NCBI GenBank assembly: GCA_905188025.1
Contig: CAJJKI010000003.1
Span: forward strand, 1,767 to 65,766
DNA: 64,000 nucleotides
Direction: 5' to 3'
From: an uncultured Eubacteriales bacterium
Lineage (GTDB): Bacteria > Bacillota_I > Bacilli_A > RF39 > UBA660
Shown: positions 44,271 through 53,770 of the stretch, one piece after another
Layout: each line of letters opens with the position of its first letter
Position numbering within the stretch: the first letter of the stretch is position 1
Notes under the pieces: generated by a model
Told to the model about the DNA's origin: nothing
Seen by the model: only the letters and a program-made list of their open reading frames with translations
Databases searched by the model: none
Program-made: the position numbers and the translations under genes

Positions 44271-47084
44271 ATGGATAAGATAATTGTTAAGGGAGCTAGA
44301 GTTAATAATCTTAAAAATATTGATATTGAGTTACCTAAAAATAAATTAATAGTTATGACTGGAGTATCTGGATCTGGCAAAAGTAGTTTAGCTTTTGATA
44401 CGATATATGCTGAAGGGGAAAGAAGATATATTGAGAGTTTAAGTGCTTATGCAAGACAGTTTTTAGGTGGTAGTGAAAAGCCAGACGTTGACTCTATAGA
44501 TGGATTATCTCCTTCAATTAGTATTGATCAGAAAAGTACTAATAAAAATCCTAGATCTACTGTTGGTACTATTACAGAAATATATGATTACTTAAGACTT
44601 TTATATGCTAGAGTGGGTGTTCCTTATTGCCCTAGACATCATGAACCTATAACTAGACAAAGTATTGAAGAGATGACTAATAAAGTATTAGAAATACAAA
44701 GTGGTACTAAGATTATGGTAATGGCACCAGTAGTTAAAGGAGAGAAAGGTACACATAAAGATACTTTAGAACAACTTAGAAAAGATGGATATATTAGATG
44801 CAAAATAGATGGTGAAATTAGAGAATTAACAGAAAATATTGAATTAGAAAAAAATAAGAAACATACTATACTAGTTATTGTTGATAGATTAATTGTTAAA
44901 GATGAGATAAGAACTAGATTATATGATTCTATTGAAACTGCTTCAAAGCTAGCTCATGGAAAAATCATTATCGATTTACCTGATGAAGAGAAAGAGATGC
45001 TTATGAGTGAAGATTTTGCTTGTCCTTATTGTGATTTTTCATTATTAGAATTAGAGCCTAGAATATTTTCTTTTAATGCTCCCTATGGGGCTTGTCCTGA
45101 TTGTAAAGGTTTAGGAGTTAAGTATAATCTAGATATTGATTTAGTTATTCCTGATAGAAATTTATCTATTAATGAAGGAGCTATTAAACCTTTTAGTATA
45201 GATGATGATAATATTAATAGAACTCAGTTAGATACAGTAGCTAAATATTATGATATAGATTTAAATAAAAAAATTAAGGATTTAGAGAAAGAGAAATTAG
45301 ATATTATTTTATATGGTTCTCCTGATATAATGGAGTTTAAATATACTTCTAAGAATGGTAATACAAGAAATTCTAAAGATTATTTTGAGGGAGTTATAAC
45401 TAATTTAGAGAGAAGATATGTTGAGACTAAGAGTAGTTGGATTAGGGAATGGATAGAGCTTTATATGAGAGAAAGTGTTTGTCCTACTTGCAATGGGGCT
45501 AGACTTGGTGAAGCAGCTTTATCTGTACTTATTAATAAGAAAAACATTTATGAAGTATCTTCATTATCAATTAGAGAACTTAAAGAGTTTATTAATGGGC
45601 TTAAATTGTCTCCGGAAAAGAAAGAAATTGCAGCTTTATTAATTAAAGAGATAGATAATAGATTAGATTTCTTGATAAATGTTGGATTGGAGTACTTAAC
45701 TTTAAGTAGAACTGCTGGTACTTTATCTGGTGGAGAAAGCCAAAGAATTAGGTTGGCTACTCAAATTGGATCTAAATTAACTGGAGTACTTTATGTACTT
45801 GATGAACCTAGTATTGGATTGCATCAGAAGGATAATCAAAAGTTAATTAATTCATTACTTGAAATGAGAGATTTGGGAAATACTTTAATAGTTGTAGAAC
45901 ATGATACTGATACTATGTTAGCTGCTGATTATTTAGTAGATATTGGGCCATTAGCTGGAGAACATGGTGGACATGTAGTGGCGGCTGGAACACCTCAAGA
46001 AGTTATGGCTAATGAGAATAGTATTACTGGACAATATTTATCTGGTAAGAGAAAGATACAGGTACCTGAGAAGAGAAGAAAAGGTAATGGAAAGTTTGTT
46101 AAAATAATGGGAGCTAAAGAAAATAACTTAAAGAATATTAATGTAGCTTTTCCACTTGGTACTTTTACTTGTGTTACTGGGGTATCTGGATCTGGTAAGA
46201 GTAGTTTAGTTAACGAGATCTTATATAAGACTTTAGCTAGTAATTTATATACTTCTAAGGAAAGACCAGGTAAATGTAGAGAAGTTAAGGGTATTGATGA
46301 GATAGATAAAGTTGTACTTATTACACAAAATCCTATAGGTAGAACTCCTAGAAGTAATCCAGCTACTTATGTAGGGGTATTTGATGATATTAGAGATATT
46401 TTTGCAGAGACTAAGGAAGCTAAAATTAAAGGATATGATAAGAGTAGATTTAGTTTTAATGTTAAGGGTGGTAGATGTGAAGCTTGTTGGGGAGACGGTG
46501 TAAAGAAAATTGAGATGCACTTTTTACCTGACGTGTATGTTCCTTGTGACGTTTGTCATGGTACGAGATATAATAAAGAAACACTTTCTATCAAATATAA
46601 GGGTAAAAACATTTATGACGTACTAGAGATGAGAGTAGATGAATTAATTGAATTTTTTGAGAATCATCCAAAGGTTGTTCATAAGCTTAAAACTCTTCAA
46701 GACGTAGGACTTGGATATATCAAGATAGGTCAAAGTGCTCCGACTTTATCTGGTGGAGAGGCTGCAAGAGTGAAATTGGCTAAAGAATTGCAAAAAAAGC
46801 CTACTGGTAAGAGTATGTTTATATTAGACGAACCTACTACAGGACTTCATTCATATGATATTGAGAAACTATTAACTATATTAAATAGAATTGTTGATAA
46901 TGGAGATACTGTTGTGGTTATTGAGCATAATCTTGACGTGATCAAGGTAGCAGATCATATTATTGATTTAGGGCCTGATGGTGGTAGCTTTGGAGGTAAG
47001 GTAGTAATTACTGGTACTCCTGAAGAAGTTGCTAAGTGCAAGGATAGTTATACAGGGCAATTCTTGAAGGATTATTTGAAGTAA
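44271..47084 (+). CDS. uvrA: Excinuclease ABC subunit A
   Basis: 937 aa. Two ABC modules (GVSGSGKSSL twice, LSGGE twice) and zinc-finger Cys pairs. Confidence 0.97.
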   Translation: MDKIIVKGARVNNLKNIDIELPKNKLIVMTGVSGSGKSSLAFDTIYAEGERRYIESLSAYARQFLGGSEKPDVDSIDGLSPSISIDQKSTNKNPRSTVGTITEIYDYLRLLYARVGVPYCPRHHEPITRQSIEEMTNKVLEIQSGTKIMVMAPVVKGEKGTHKDTLEQLRKDGYIRCKIDGEIRELTENIELEKNKKHTILVIVDRLIVKDEIRTRLYDSIETASKLAHGKIIIDLPDEEKEMLMSEDFACPYCDFSLLELEPRIFSFNAPYGACPDCKGLGVKYNLDIDLVIPDRNLSINEGAIKPFSIDDDNINRTQLDTVAKYYDIDLNKKIKDLEKEKLDIILYGSPDIMEFKYTSKNGNTRNSKDYFEGVITNLERRYVETKSSWIREWIELYMRESVCPTCNGARLGEAALSVLINKKNIYEVSSLSIRELKEFINGLKLSPEKKEIAALLIKEIDNRLDFLINVGLEYLTLSRTAGTLSGGESQRIRLATQIGSKLTGVLYVLDEPSIGLHQKDNQKLINSLLEMRDLGNTLIVVEHDTDTMLAADYLVDIGPLAGEHGGHVVAAGTPQEVMANENSITGQYLSGKRKIQVPEKRRKGNGKFVKIMGAKENNLKNINVAFPLGTFTCVTGVSGSGKSSLVNEILYKTLASNLYTSKERPGKCREVKGIDEIDKVVLITQNPIGRTPRSNPATYVGVFDDIRDIFAETKEAKIKGYDKSRFSFNVKGGRCEACWGDGVKKIEMHFLPDVYVPCDVCHGTRYNKETLSIKYKGKNIYDVLEMRVDELIEFFENHPKVVHKLKTLQDVGLGYIKIGQSAPTLSGGEAARVKLAKELQKKPTGKSMFILDEPTTGLHSYDIEKLLTILNRIVDNGDTVVVIEHNLDVIKVADHIIDLGPDGGSFGGKVVITGTPEEVAKCKDSYTGQFLKDYLK

Positions 47085-47192
47085 ATATATTATAAAACTT
47101 AAAAATAAAGTTATAAGGAAAACAATAAAATGTTTTCTTTTTTTGAATATATTATAAATAATGACATATCTTTTATTGAAGAGAGGGAAATT

Positions 47193-48662
47193 ATGGAAAA
47201 AATAGATGTTATTAAAAATATTGCTAAAAGAACAGGTGGAGATATTTATTTAGGTGTTGTAGGTGCTGTAAGAACTGGTAAATCCACTTTTATTCGTAGA
47301 TTTATGGAAAATTTAGTAATTCCAAATATTCAGGATGAATTTGAAAAGAAAAGGGCTTTAGATGAATTACCACAGGCTGCTAATGGGAAAATGATTATGA
47401 CTACAGAGCCAAAATTTGTACCTGCTAATGCTGCTAAAATAATGATTGATGAATTTTCTGCTAATATTAAGATGATTGACTGTGTAGGTTATGTTATTAA
47501 TGATGCTAAGGGTGTTGATGATGAGAATGGTCCTAGATATGTTATGACTCCTTGGTATAGTGAACCTATTCCTTTTGTAGAAGCAGCGGAAATTGGTACA
47601 GAGAAGGTTATTAAGGATCATTCTACTATTGGTATTGTAGTTACTACTGATGGATCTTTTGGGGAATTTAAGAGGGAAGACTATTTAGAGGCTGAAGAGA
47701 CAGTTATTAATGAACTTAAAGAGATAGGAAAGCCTTATATAGTGCTTCTTAATACGACGAATCCAGCTGGTAATGAGGCTGTTAAGTTAACTGAAGAATT
47801 AAAGAATAAATATATGGTACCGGTTTTACCAATTAATGTGGAATTAATGCAAGAAAGAGATATGTATAATATTTTAAGAGAGGCTTTATATGAATTTCCA
47901 GTAGTGGAAGTTAAGGTTAATATTCCTGATTGGATTTCAGTACTTACTCCTAATCATTATATTAAGAAAACATATATCGAGAAGATTAAAGAGAGTGTTT
48001 TAACTATTGATAAGATTAGAGACGTAGAATCAATAACTAATTATTTTAGTGATTGTGAGTATATTGAGAAGGCTTATTTATCAGATGTTGATACTGCTAC
48101 TGGAGAGGTAACTATTAATTTATCAGCACCAAATGGATTATATAATCAGGTACTTAAAGAAATAATGAATATTGATATAAATACGAAGGCTGATTTATTA
48201 AGATTATTCCAAGAGTTTAATGAGACTAAAAAAGAGTATGATCAAATTAAGGTGGCTCTTAAGACGGTTAAACAAACTGGTTATGGTATAGCAGCGCCAA
48301 CACTTGATGATATGAAGTTAGAAACGCCAGAAATCATTAAACAAGGAAGCCGTTATGGAATAAAACTCAAGGCTAAAGCTCCTTCAATACATATGATTAA
48401 AGTTGACGTAGAATCAACATTTGAACCAATCATAGGTAGTGAAATGCAAAGTAAGGAATTAATTAATTATTTAACAGATACTAATAAAAATAATGACATA
48501 TGGAAGAGTGAAATATTTGGTAGAAGTTTAGACGTAATTGTTCAAGAAGGAATACAAGCAAAATTAGCAATGATGCCTGATTCAGTAAGATATAAGTTAT
48601 GTCAAACATTAACAAAGATAATTAATAAAGGTAGCTCTACAATGATAGCTATTGTTATATAG
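47193..48662 (+). CDS. spoIVA: Stage IV sporulation protein A
   Basis: MEKIDVIKNIAKRTGGDIYLGVVGAVRTGKSTFIRRFME is the SpoIVA N-terminus with Walker A. 489 aa. Next to hup, as in B. subtilis. The track frame opens at 47130. Confidence 0.9.
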   Translation: MEKIDVIKNIAKRTGGDIYLGVVGAVRTGKSTFIRRFMENLVIPNIQDEFEKKRALDELPQAANGKMIMTTEPKFVPANAAKIMIDEFSANIKMIDCVGYVINDAKGVDDENGPRYVMTPWYSEPIPFVEAAEIGTEKVIKDHSTIGIVVTTDGSFGEFKREDYLEAEETVINELKEIGKPYIVLLNTTNPAGNEAVKLTEELKNKYMVPVLPINVELMQERDMYNILREALYEFPVVEVKVNIPDWISVLTPNHYIKKTYIEKIKESVLTIDKIRDVESITNYFSDCEYIEKAYLSDVDTATGEVTINLSAPNGLYNQVLKEIMNIDINTKADLLRLFQEFNETKKEYDQIKVALKTVKQTGYGIAAPTLDDMKLETPEIIKQGSRYGIKLKAKAPSIHMIKVDVESTFEPIIGSEMQSKELINYLTDTNKNNDIWKSEIFGRSLDVIVQEGIQAKLAMMPDSVRYKLCQTLTKIINKGSSTMIAIVI

Positions 48663-48685
48663 ACATTTTTTTGTAAAACACTTTA

Positions 48686-48716
48686 AAAAAAGAGACTTTT
48701 TATAGTCTTTTTTTTG
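48686..48716 (+). terminator. Intrinsic terminator after spoIVA
   Basis: AAAGAGACT-ttttat-AGTCTTTTT followed by a T-run. Confidence 0.5.
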
Positions 48717-48808
48717 CTAAACTATTGATTTTAAAGTTAATTCATGATATTGTATTGTTGTAAGCATAGATAATTCTTGCTTAAAATAGAAAATGGAGGT
48801 AATTAAAA

Positions 48809-49081
48809 ATGACAAAAGCATGTTTAGTTGAATACATTGCTGAAAATGCTGACTTAACAAAGGCTGATGCTACTAGAGCATTAGAAGCTATGTTAGCAGG
48901 TGTTGAAAAAGGATTAAAAGAGGAAGGAAAAGTTACTTTAGTTGGCTTTGGTACTTTCACTGCTAAAAAGAGAGATGCTAGAACTGGTAGAAATCCTCAA
49001 ACAGGAGAAGAAGTTAAAATTGCTGCTAGAGTAGTTCCTGGTTTCAAAGCTGGAAACAAATTAAAAGATGCTTTAAATTAG
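48809..49081 (+). CDS. hup: DNA-binding protein HU
   Basis: 90 aa. GFGTFTAKKRDARTGRNPQTGEEVKIAARVVPGFKAG signature. Confidence 0.95.
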   Translation: MTKACLVEYIAENADLTKADATRALEAMLAGVEKGLKEEGKVTLVGFGTFTAKKRDARTGRNPQTGEEVKIAARVVPGFKAGNKLKDALN

Positions 49082-49095
49082 TCTTTTATAAATAA

Positions 49096-49130
49096 AAACA
49101 GTCAATGATTAAGTTTGACTGTTTTTTATT
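49096..49130. terminator. Terminator between the convergent hup and the S24 repressor gene
   Basis: AAACAGTCAA-tgattaagt-TTGACTGTTT (perfect 10 bp) followed by TTTATT. Confidence 0.65.
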
Positions 49131-49133
49131 ATA

Positions 49134-49799
49134 TTATTTTACTTCACGATGAATAGCTACTACTTTACCTAGAATCATATCTGATGAGATGATATTTACA
49201 TTAACACTTGGATATTTAGGATTCATAGCTTGTAATATTATTCCTTTAGGATATTTATATAATTTTCTTACTGATAATATATTACTTTTAGTGGCTATTA
49301 CTATATCATCACCATTCTTGTAGTCTTCTTGTTTTTCAAAAAATATTTTATCATTTTTTAAATAATATGGTGACATAGAATCATCTAATATTTTAATAGA
49401 TAGTTCAGATTTACCTACTAAGGGTTCATAGTTGGCATTTTTATAAGTATTGATAATCTTTTCGTTTTTAGTAGTTAAATTTTTATCAGCTCTACTACTA
49501 GTAACATAGTTTTTTACAAATTTATTTTCAAGGGTCTTTTTCTCTTCTGGAGTAGTAGTTACTTCATTTAAGATAGAGGTATCAATATTGAAAATATTAC
49601 ATATTTCAAAGAAAAGATCATAAGGGATATTTAATAATCCACTTTCATATTTATGTAATGTTTGACGATTTTTTTGATGATTTAGGGCAGCAGATAAATC
49701 TTCAAGGGAATAGTTATATTTTTGACGATTCTCTTTAATTAATTTACCTACAAAGGGCTTTAATTCATCACTTATTAATTCTTTTTTTCTTGTTCTCAT
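49134..49799 (-). CDS. CI/LexA-like repressor: XRE HTH fused to an S24 peptidase domain
   Basis: 221 aa. HTH NYSLEDLSAALNHQKNRQTLHKYESG. C-terminal domain with DDSMSP (Ser nucleophile context) and SVRKL (Lys). SD AAGGAG. Confidence 0.8.
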   Translation of the reverse strand: MRTRKKELISDELKPFVGKLIKENRQKYNYSLEDLSAALNHQKNRQTLHKYESGLLNIPYDLFFEICNIFNIDTSILNEVTTTPEEKKTLENKFVKNYVTSSRADKNLTTKNEKIINTYKNANYEPLVGKSELSIKILDDSMSPYYLKNDKIFFEKQEDYKNGDDIVIATKSNILSVRKLYKYPKGIILQAMNPKYPSVNVNIISSDMILGKVVAIHREVK

Positions 49800-49817
49800 A
49801 GTAATACATACTCCTTA

Positions 49818-50480
49818 CTAACTATTTTTATTGGCAATATATAGAGGAATGGTTCCTAATAGACCAATAATTGTTTTTATCATATATCTAAATACTAAGC
49901 ATAACATTAAATCTACTAATTCATAATCAAATAGGAATGCTATTAAGGTAAATAGAACATTATCTAGTAATTCTATTATGATTATTGAGAAGATATTACT
50001 TAATATTATTTTATTTTGTAATCTTTTGATGAGATAATATATTTTACTACTTAGATAAGTAGATATAAGCGTAGATATTATTAGAGCTAAATAAATTCTT
50101 AGATTATATTTGAAGATACTATCATATGATTTATTGGCCATTTCATTAAATTTACTGCTTTTGATTAGGCCAGATAGATTTAAGAAACAGCAACTTACTA
50201 AGGCAGTTATGAGAATTAGGCTTAGGTAAGTTTTTAGCTCTTCAGGGCCTCTTTTTTGAGTGATAAGGTTTCCTGCTACGATGATAGAAATACTTGTTGC
50301 AAAGCCTATTGGTACCGTAACACTCATGATATCTATTTGTTTTAGGCTCATGATGCAAGCGGCAAAGGTAGCTATAATACCATATACATAGAGACCATCT
50401 GTTTTATATTTTTTATATAATACTAACATTGATATATAACACACTAACATTTCTAGAATAATTAAAATTATATTTCTCAT
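49818..50480 (-). CDS. Polytopic membrane protein, VUT/YhhQ (DUF165)-like
   Basis: 220 aa, about 6 TM segments. The C-terminal part NIFSIIIIELLDNVLFTLIAFLF....LVDLML.LVFRYMIKTIIGLLGTIPLY resembles E. coli YhhQ (FGNVSDTLAFFFIAFW...ALVDYCFKVLISIVFFLPMY). ATGA overlap with the upstream paralogue. Confidence 0.55.
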   Translation of the reverse strand: MRNIILIILEMLVCYISMLVLYKKYKTDGLYVYGIIATFAACIMSLKQIDIMSVTVPIGFATSISIIVAGNLITQKRGPEELKTYLSLILITALVSCCFLNLSGLIKSSKFNEMANKSYDSIFKYNLRIYLALIISTLISTYLSSKIYYLIKRLQNKIILSNIFSIIIIELLDNVLFTLIAFLFDYELVDLMLCLVFRYMIKTIIGLLGTIPLYIANKNS

Positions 50481-51142
50481 TTTGTCACCTGCTTTTTAGA
50501 TAGATAATTTATAAGAATAAGATTAATTATTGTGATAGGAATGCCTATAATATATGTAGATATTCCTAAGAAGATAGAGTTACTGAATTTTAAGATATTA
50601 ATATATGATAAAGCATAGAAGATAATTGTATATAATAATCCAGTAATGATATATGTTAGTGTTACGCAAATATAGATATTACTTTGTAATGAATTAATTA
50701 ATTTGAATAGTTTAGTAATAGCGTATTGACTTATAAACATTATTATTGGATATATAAGTAATATTTTATAGTTATATTCAAAGGTTCCTTGCATATTGAT
50801 AGATACTGTTTCAGTAATAGCAGGAATAAAATAATTCATAATTATTAGTAATAGACCAATGGTAATATTTGAATATAGGGAAATACGATAAAGATTATTG
50901 GTTTCTTTGTATCCATATTTTGTTATAAATAGATAGATGATAGAAAGAGACGCAATTAATGGGATGATGCCTAGATTAATATTCATACTAAAGACAGATG
51001 ATATCTTAAATGATAATACAAAGGCTAATAAATTCATAAGTACTAAAGCAAAGTAGAGGCCTCTTTTATCTAGCATTTTATATAGACAAAAGGTTGTTAA
51101 CATTGTTAGTAAAATTAGAACAATAAAAATTATCCCATCCAT
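50477..51142 (-). CDS. Polytopic membrane protein, divergent paralogue of 49818..50480
   Basis: 221 aa. The N-terminal third aligns with the neighbour (LYKMLDKRGLYFALV... versus LYKKYKTDGLYVYGI...). The conserved Asp of the ELLDN segment is not evident. Confidence 0.5.
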   Translation of the reverse strand: MDGIIFIVLILLTMLTTFCLYKMLDKRGLYFALVLMNLLAFVLSFKISSVFSMNINLGIIPLIASLSIIYLFITKYGYKETNNLYRISLYSNITIGLLLIIMNYFIPAITETVSINMQGTFEYNYKILLIYPIIMFISQYAITKLFKLINSLQSNIYICVTLTYIITGLLYTIIFYALSYINILKFSNSIFLGISTYIIGIPITIINLILINYLSKKQVTK

Positions 51143-51185
51143 ATTTCCACCTTCTTATTCAATATATATTATAACATAAAAATTA

Positions 51186-51210
51186 AAGATACAAAATATT
51201 TTTGTATCTT
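51186..51210. terminator. Perfect 11-bp hairpin terminator after the dehydratase-like gene pair
   Basis: AAGATACAAAA-tat-TTTTGTATCTT with T-rich flanks on both strands. Confidence 0.55.
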
Positions 51211-51269
51211 TTTCTTAAAATATATAGATATTAAATTATTTAATGGATAAAGATGGTACTATTATAGTG

Positions 51270-52352
51270 TTATTGATGGGAAAGCTTAGATGATAGGAGC
51301 ATGTCATAGAAGGCTTCTAATTTAGTATCAATATTATTAATATTATTTTCACCATCAAAACTTAGATATAGAATAGGAATATGATATTCTTCACTTATTT
51401 GTGATAGGATAGGCATAGCATTTATTTCAGGGACACAACTAAAACTTTTGATATGGATAATGCCATTTATGCCTTGTTTAGCATGATTTAGAGTATGATA
51501 TACAGATTCTGTACCATCTGCTCCGAGAGGATATTTTAGATATTTCTTAGTTTTTCTTAGAAGATAATGACGTTTGAATTTTTTTATTAATAAGAGATAT
51601 GTTAAATTAGTATAGCGAATCACTTCAATACCTTGATTAATGATAGTTCTTTCTAGATTGTGACTAGAGGTTAAATCCATTAGGGAATATAATTCACCGA
51701 TAAGAAGAATCTTGGTACGAGGAATATTTTTGAGAGGGATAGAATGATAGATATGTTTATATTGTTTATAGATATTAATGATTTTTAAGAGACTTAATTT
51801 TGAATTAGAATAGGCTTGATGCATTTTATTTTCTGATATAGTAAACATACTAGGATCTTCTGCATAGCCCATATTTTTACGAAGATAATCATCTAGTTTA
51901 TCCATATATATTAGAATAAAAAAGCCTTTTATGATAGAGTTTATAAATTTAAATATATTTAATTTGGGATTTAGTTTTTTAGATAATTTATATAGTTTTT
52001 TAATAGATAGATGGTTATTTTGAATGAGGTTAATGAATTCAAAGTTATAGCCTAGATCTTTTAAAATTTGTTCTTGTAATTCAGCATAATAACCATATCG
52101 ACAGCCACCGCCAGCTTGGATTAGAATGTTAGCTCCTTTATTTAGAGCATTGATATAGTTACCTAGATTATATTTGAAGGGCATACATACTTCACTAGGG
52201 CTGTATCTTGAACCAATGGCTATAGTATGTTTATTATTTTCTTCAGGTATTAAGATTTCACATTTAGTTATATTAGATATGATATATTTGATAGGGATAT
52301 AGTAGGAGCCCATATGGGGAAAGGATATTATTTTATTCATTTTTTCCTCCAT
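51270..52352 (-). CDS. 2-hydroxyacyl-CoA dehydratase D-component-like protein (activase-related family), function unknown
   Basis: 360 aa. ISFPHMGSYYIP......SPSEVCMPFKYNLGNYI....GANILIQAGGGCRYGYYAELQ...L..LGY and SFSCVPE match the HGD-D-like pattern as I recall it. Confidence 0.6.
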   Translation of the reverse strand: MEEKMNKIISFPHMGSYYIPIKYIISNITKCEILIPEENNKHTIAIGSRYSPSEVCMPFKYNLGNYINALNKGANILIQAGGGCRYGYYAELQEQILKDLGYNFEFINLIQNNHLSIKKLYKLSKKLNPKLNIFKFINSIIKGFFILIYMDKLDDYLRKNMGYAEDPSMFTISENKMHQAYSNSKLSLLKIINIYKQYKHIYHSIPLKNIPRTKILLIGELYSLMDLTSSHNLERTIINQGIEVIRYTNLTYLLLIKKFKRHYLLRKTKKYLKYPLGADGTESVYHTLNHAKQGINGIIHIKSFSCVPEINAMPILSQISEEYHIPILYLSFDGENNINNIDTKLEAFYDMLLSSKLSHQ

Positions 52353-53247
52353 TTATGATATCAATAAAGCTTTCTAATTTAGTTTCTAAGCTTAGATCAG
52401 TAATGTTTTCATCTATTAAGAGATTAAGAGTGGGAATATTTTTATTTTTAGCTATTGCGAGATTATTTACTAGAGCATCTATACCACATGGATAGGTAGA
52501 AATAAAAATAAGGCCATCTACTTGATGAAGACAATAATATAAGCTACCAATCATTTCTTTAGAGTATTTCCAATATAGAGTATTTGAAAAATATTGAGAA
52601 AATTCAGTAGTTAATTTTTTGGGAAAATTATTTGACATGATAGGAATTATGTTATTACTTTCTAGATATTTTAGAAAATAGTTAGTTATATATTTATCTT
52701 TAATATTATAAAAATGTGAGAGGATTAAGATTTTCTTTTGAGGACGAGATAGTTTATTTAGTTCTTCGTTGGCTTTATTTTGATCGTGTTTTTTTTGTTT
52801 ATTTTTAGCATATAGATAGCTATAAATTATTTTAAAGGGATTTTTAGTGAATTTAAAGCCTATTTTTATGAGTCCTAGTGACTGGTAATGATGGTGAGTA
52901 TGCTCAATGTTAAAATTTAATAGCATGTCCTTAGGAATTAATTCTTTTAAGTTATCATATAAGCCATTTAGACGAGTACATACTTTATCTTTTTTTCCAT
53001 AGTCACATACACGAGAGACAAGAATATAATCACATATTTTTGATAAATATAGGGCATGTCCGAGATATATTTTATATGAGAGACAAGATTCATCGATAGA
53101 GTTGTTAATGCCTAATGATAATATTTCATGATTTGTTTCAGGACTTAAGACTACGTTTAATCCTAATGATTCAAAATAATTTTTCCATAGAACTCCATAA
53201 CGATAGTAAAGTATGGCTCTGGGTATACCAATTTTTATTTTTTTCAT
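52333..53247 (-). CDS. DUF2229 (CoA-enzyme-activase uncharacterised domain) protein, stand-alone
   Basis: 304 aa. KIGIPRAILYYRYGVLWKNYFESLGLNVVLSPETN.EILSLG.....ESCLSYKIYLGH matches the DUF2229 N-terminal pattern (iGiPRaL..y...P.W..FF..LG.evv.S..t). Overlaps the next gene by 20 nt. Confidence 0.6.
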   Translation of the reverse strand: MKKIKIGIPRAILYYRYGVLWKNYFESLGLNVVLSPETNHEILSLGINNSIDESCLSYKIYLGHALYLSKICDYILVSRVCDYGKKDKVCTRLNGLYDNLKELIPKDMLLNFNIEHTHHHYQSLGLIKIGFKFTKNPFKIIYSYLYAKNKQKKHDQNKANEELNKLSRPQKKILILSHFYNIKDKYITNYFLKYLESNNIIPIMSNNFPKKLTTEFSQYFSNTLYWKYSKEMIGSLYYCLHQVDGLIFISTYPCGIDALVNNLAIAKNKNIPTLNLLIDENITDLSLETKLESFIDIINGGKNE

Positions 53248-53313
53248 ATTTCACCTTGATATACTTTATGCATAGAAAGACTTTGATATGATAGATTTTT
53301 ATTTAGATAGCAT

Positions 53314-53337
53314 TAAAAAAGACAGCTATTCGCTATC
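53314..53337 (-). terminator. Intrinsic terminator after rpoE, overlapping its stop
   Basis: Minus strand reads GATAGC-gaata-GCTGTC (one GU) followed by TTTTTT. Confidence 0.5.
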
Positions 53338-53760
53338 TAATTCGTCTTCATTTAATATTGTTAGATCTGCTAAATCTTCTTCAGCGTATTCTTCTTCATC
53401 ATCGATAGAATTATATTCATCTTCTTCAGTTGGCTCTTCATCCTCTAAATCTTCGTCTTCTAGTTCTTCATCATCTTTATCTTCATATAATTCATCCATA
53501 TCTATTTTTACTTTATGATTAGTTTTTAAATCCCATTTGCCATCATCTAATAAGATAAATTCTTTAGAAGTAGTTAATGATTGAAAGAAATCAGCTATTT
53601 TTTCTTGATAATCTCTTTCAGACAATCCTAATAATGAACATACTTGGTGAAATAAATCAGCAGTGTTCATAGTAGTTTTATTCTCCTCTAAATATAATTT
53701 GGCAATATCAGTATATGATAATAATTCTAAATCTTCTTTATTCATTTTACTTAATTTCAT
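53326..53760 (-). CDS. rpoE: RNA polymerase delta subunit
   Basis: 144 aa. HARE-HTH N-domain (LSYTDIAKLYLEE......DLFHQVCSLLGLSE.......FFQSLTTSKEFILLDDGKWDLK) and a poly-Asp/Glu C-terminal tail. Confidence 0.9.
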   Translation of the reverse strand: MKLSKMNKEDLELLSYTDIAKLYLEENKTTMNTADLFHQVCSLLGLSERDYQEKIADFFQSLTTSKEFILLDDGKWDLKTNHKVKIDMDELYEDKDDEELEDEDLEDEEPTEEDEYNSIDDEEEYAEEDLADLTILNEDELDSE

Positions 53761-53770
53761 TTTGATCCTC

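Noticed and set aside
47130-47192. Upstream extension of spoIVA (MFSFFEYIINNDISFIEEREI)
   Set aside because: The conserved SpoIVA N-terminus starts at MEKIDV after GAGAGGGA. The extension has no SD and covers the likely promoter.
53288-53518. 76-aa Ser-rich plus-strand ORF
   Set aside because: It is the antisense image of the poly-Asp/Glu tail of rpoE.
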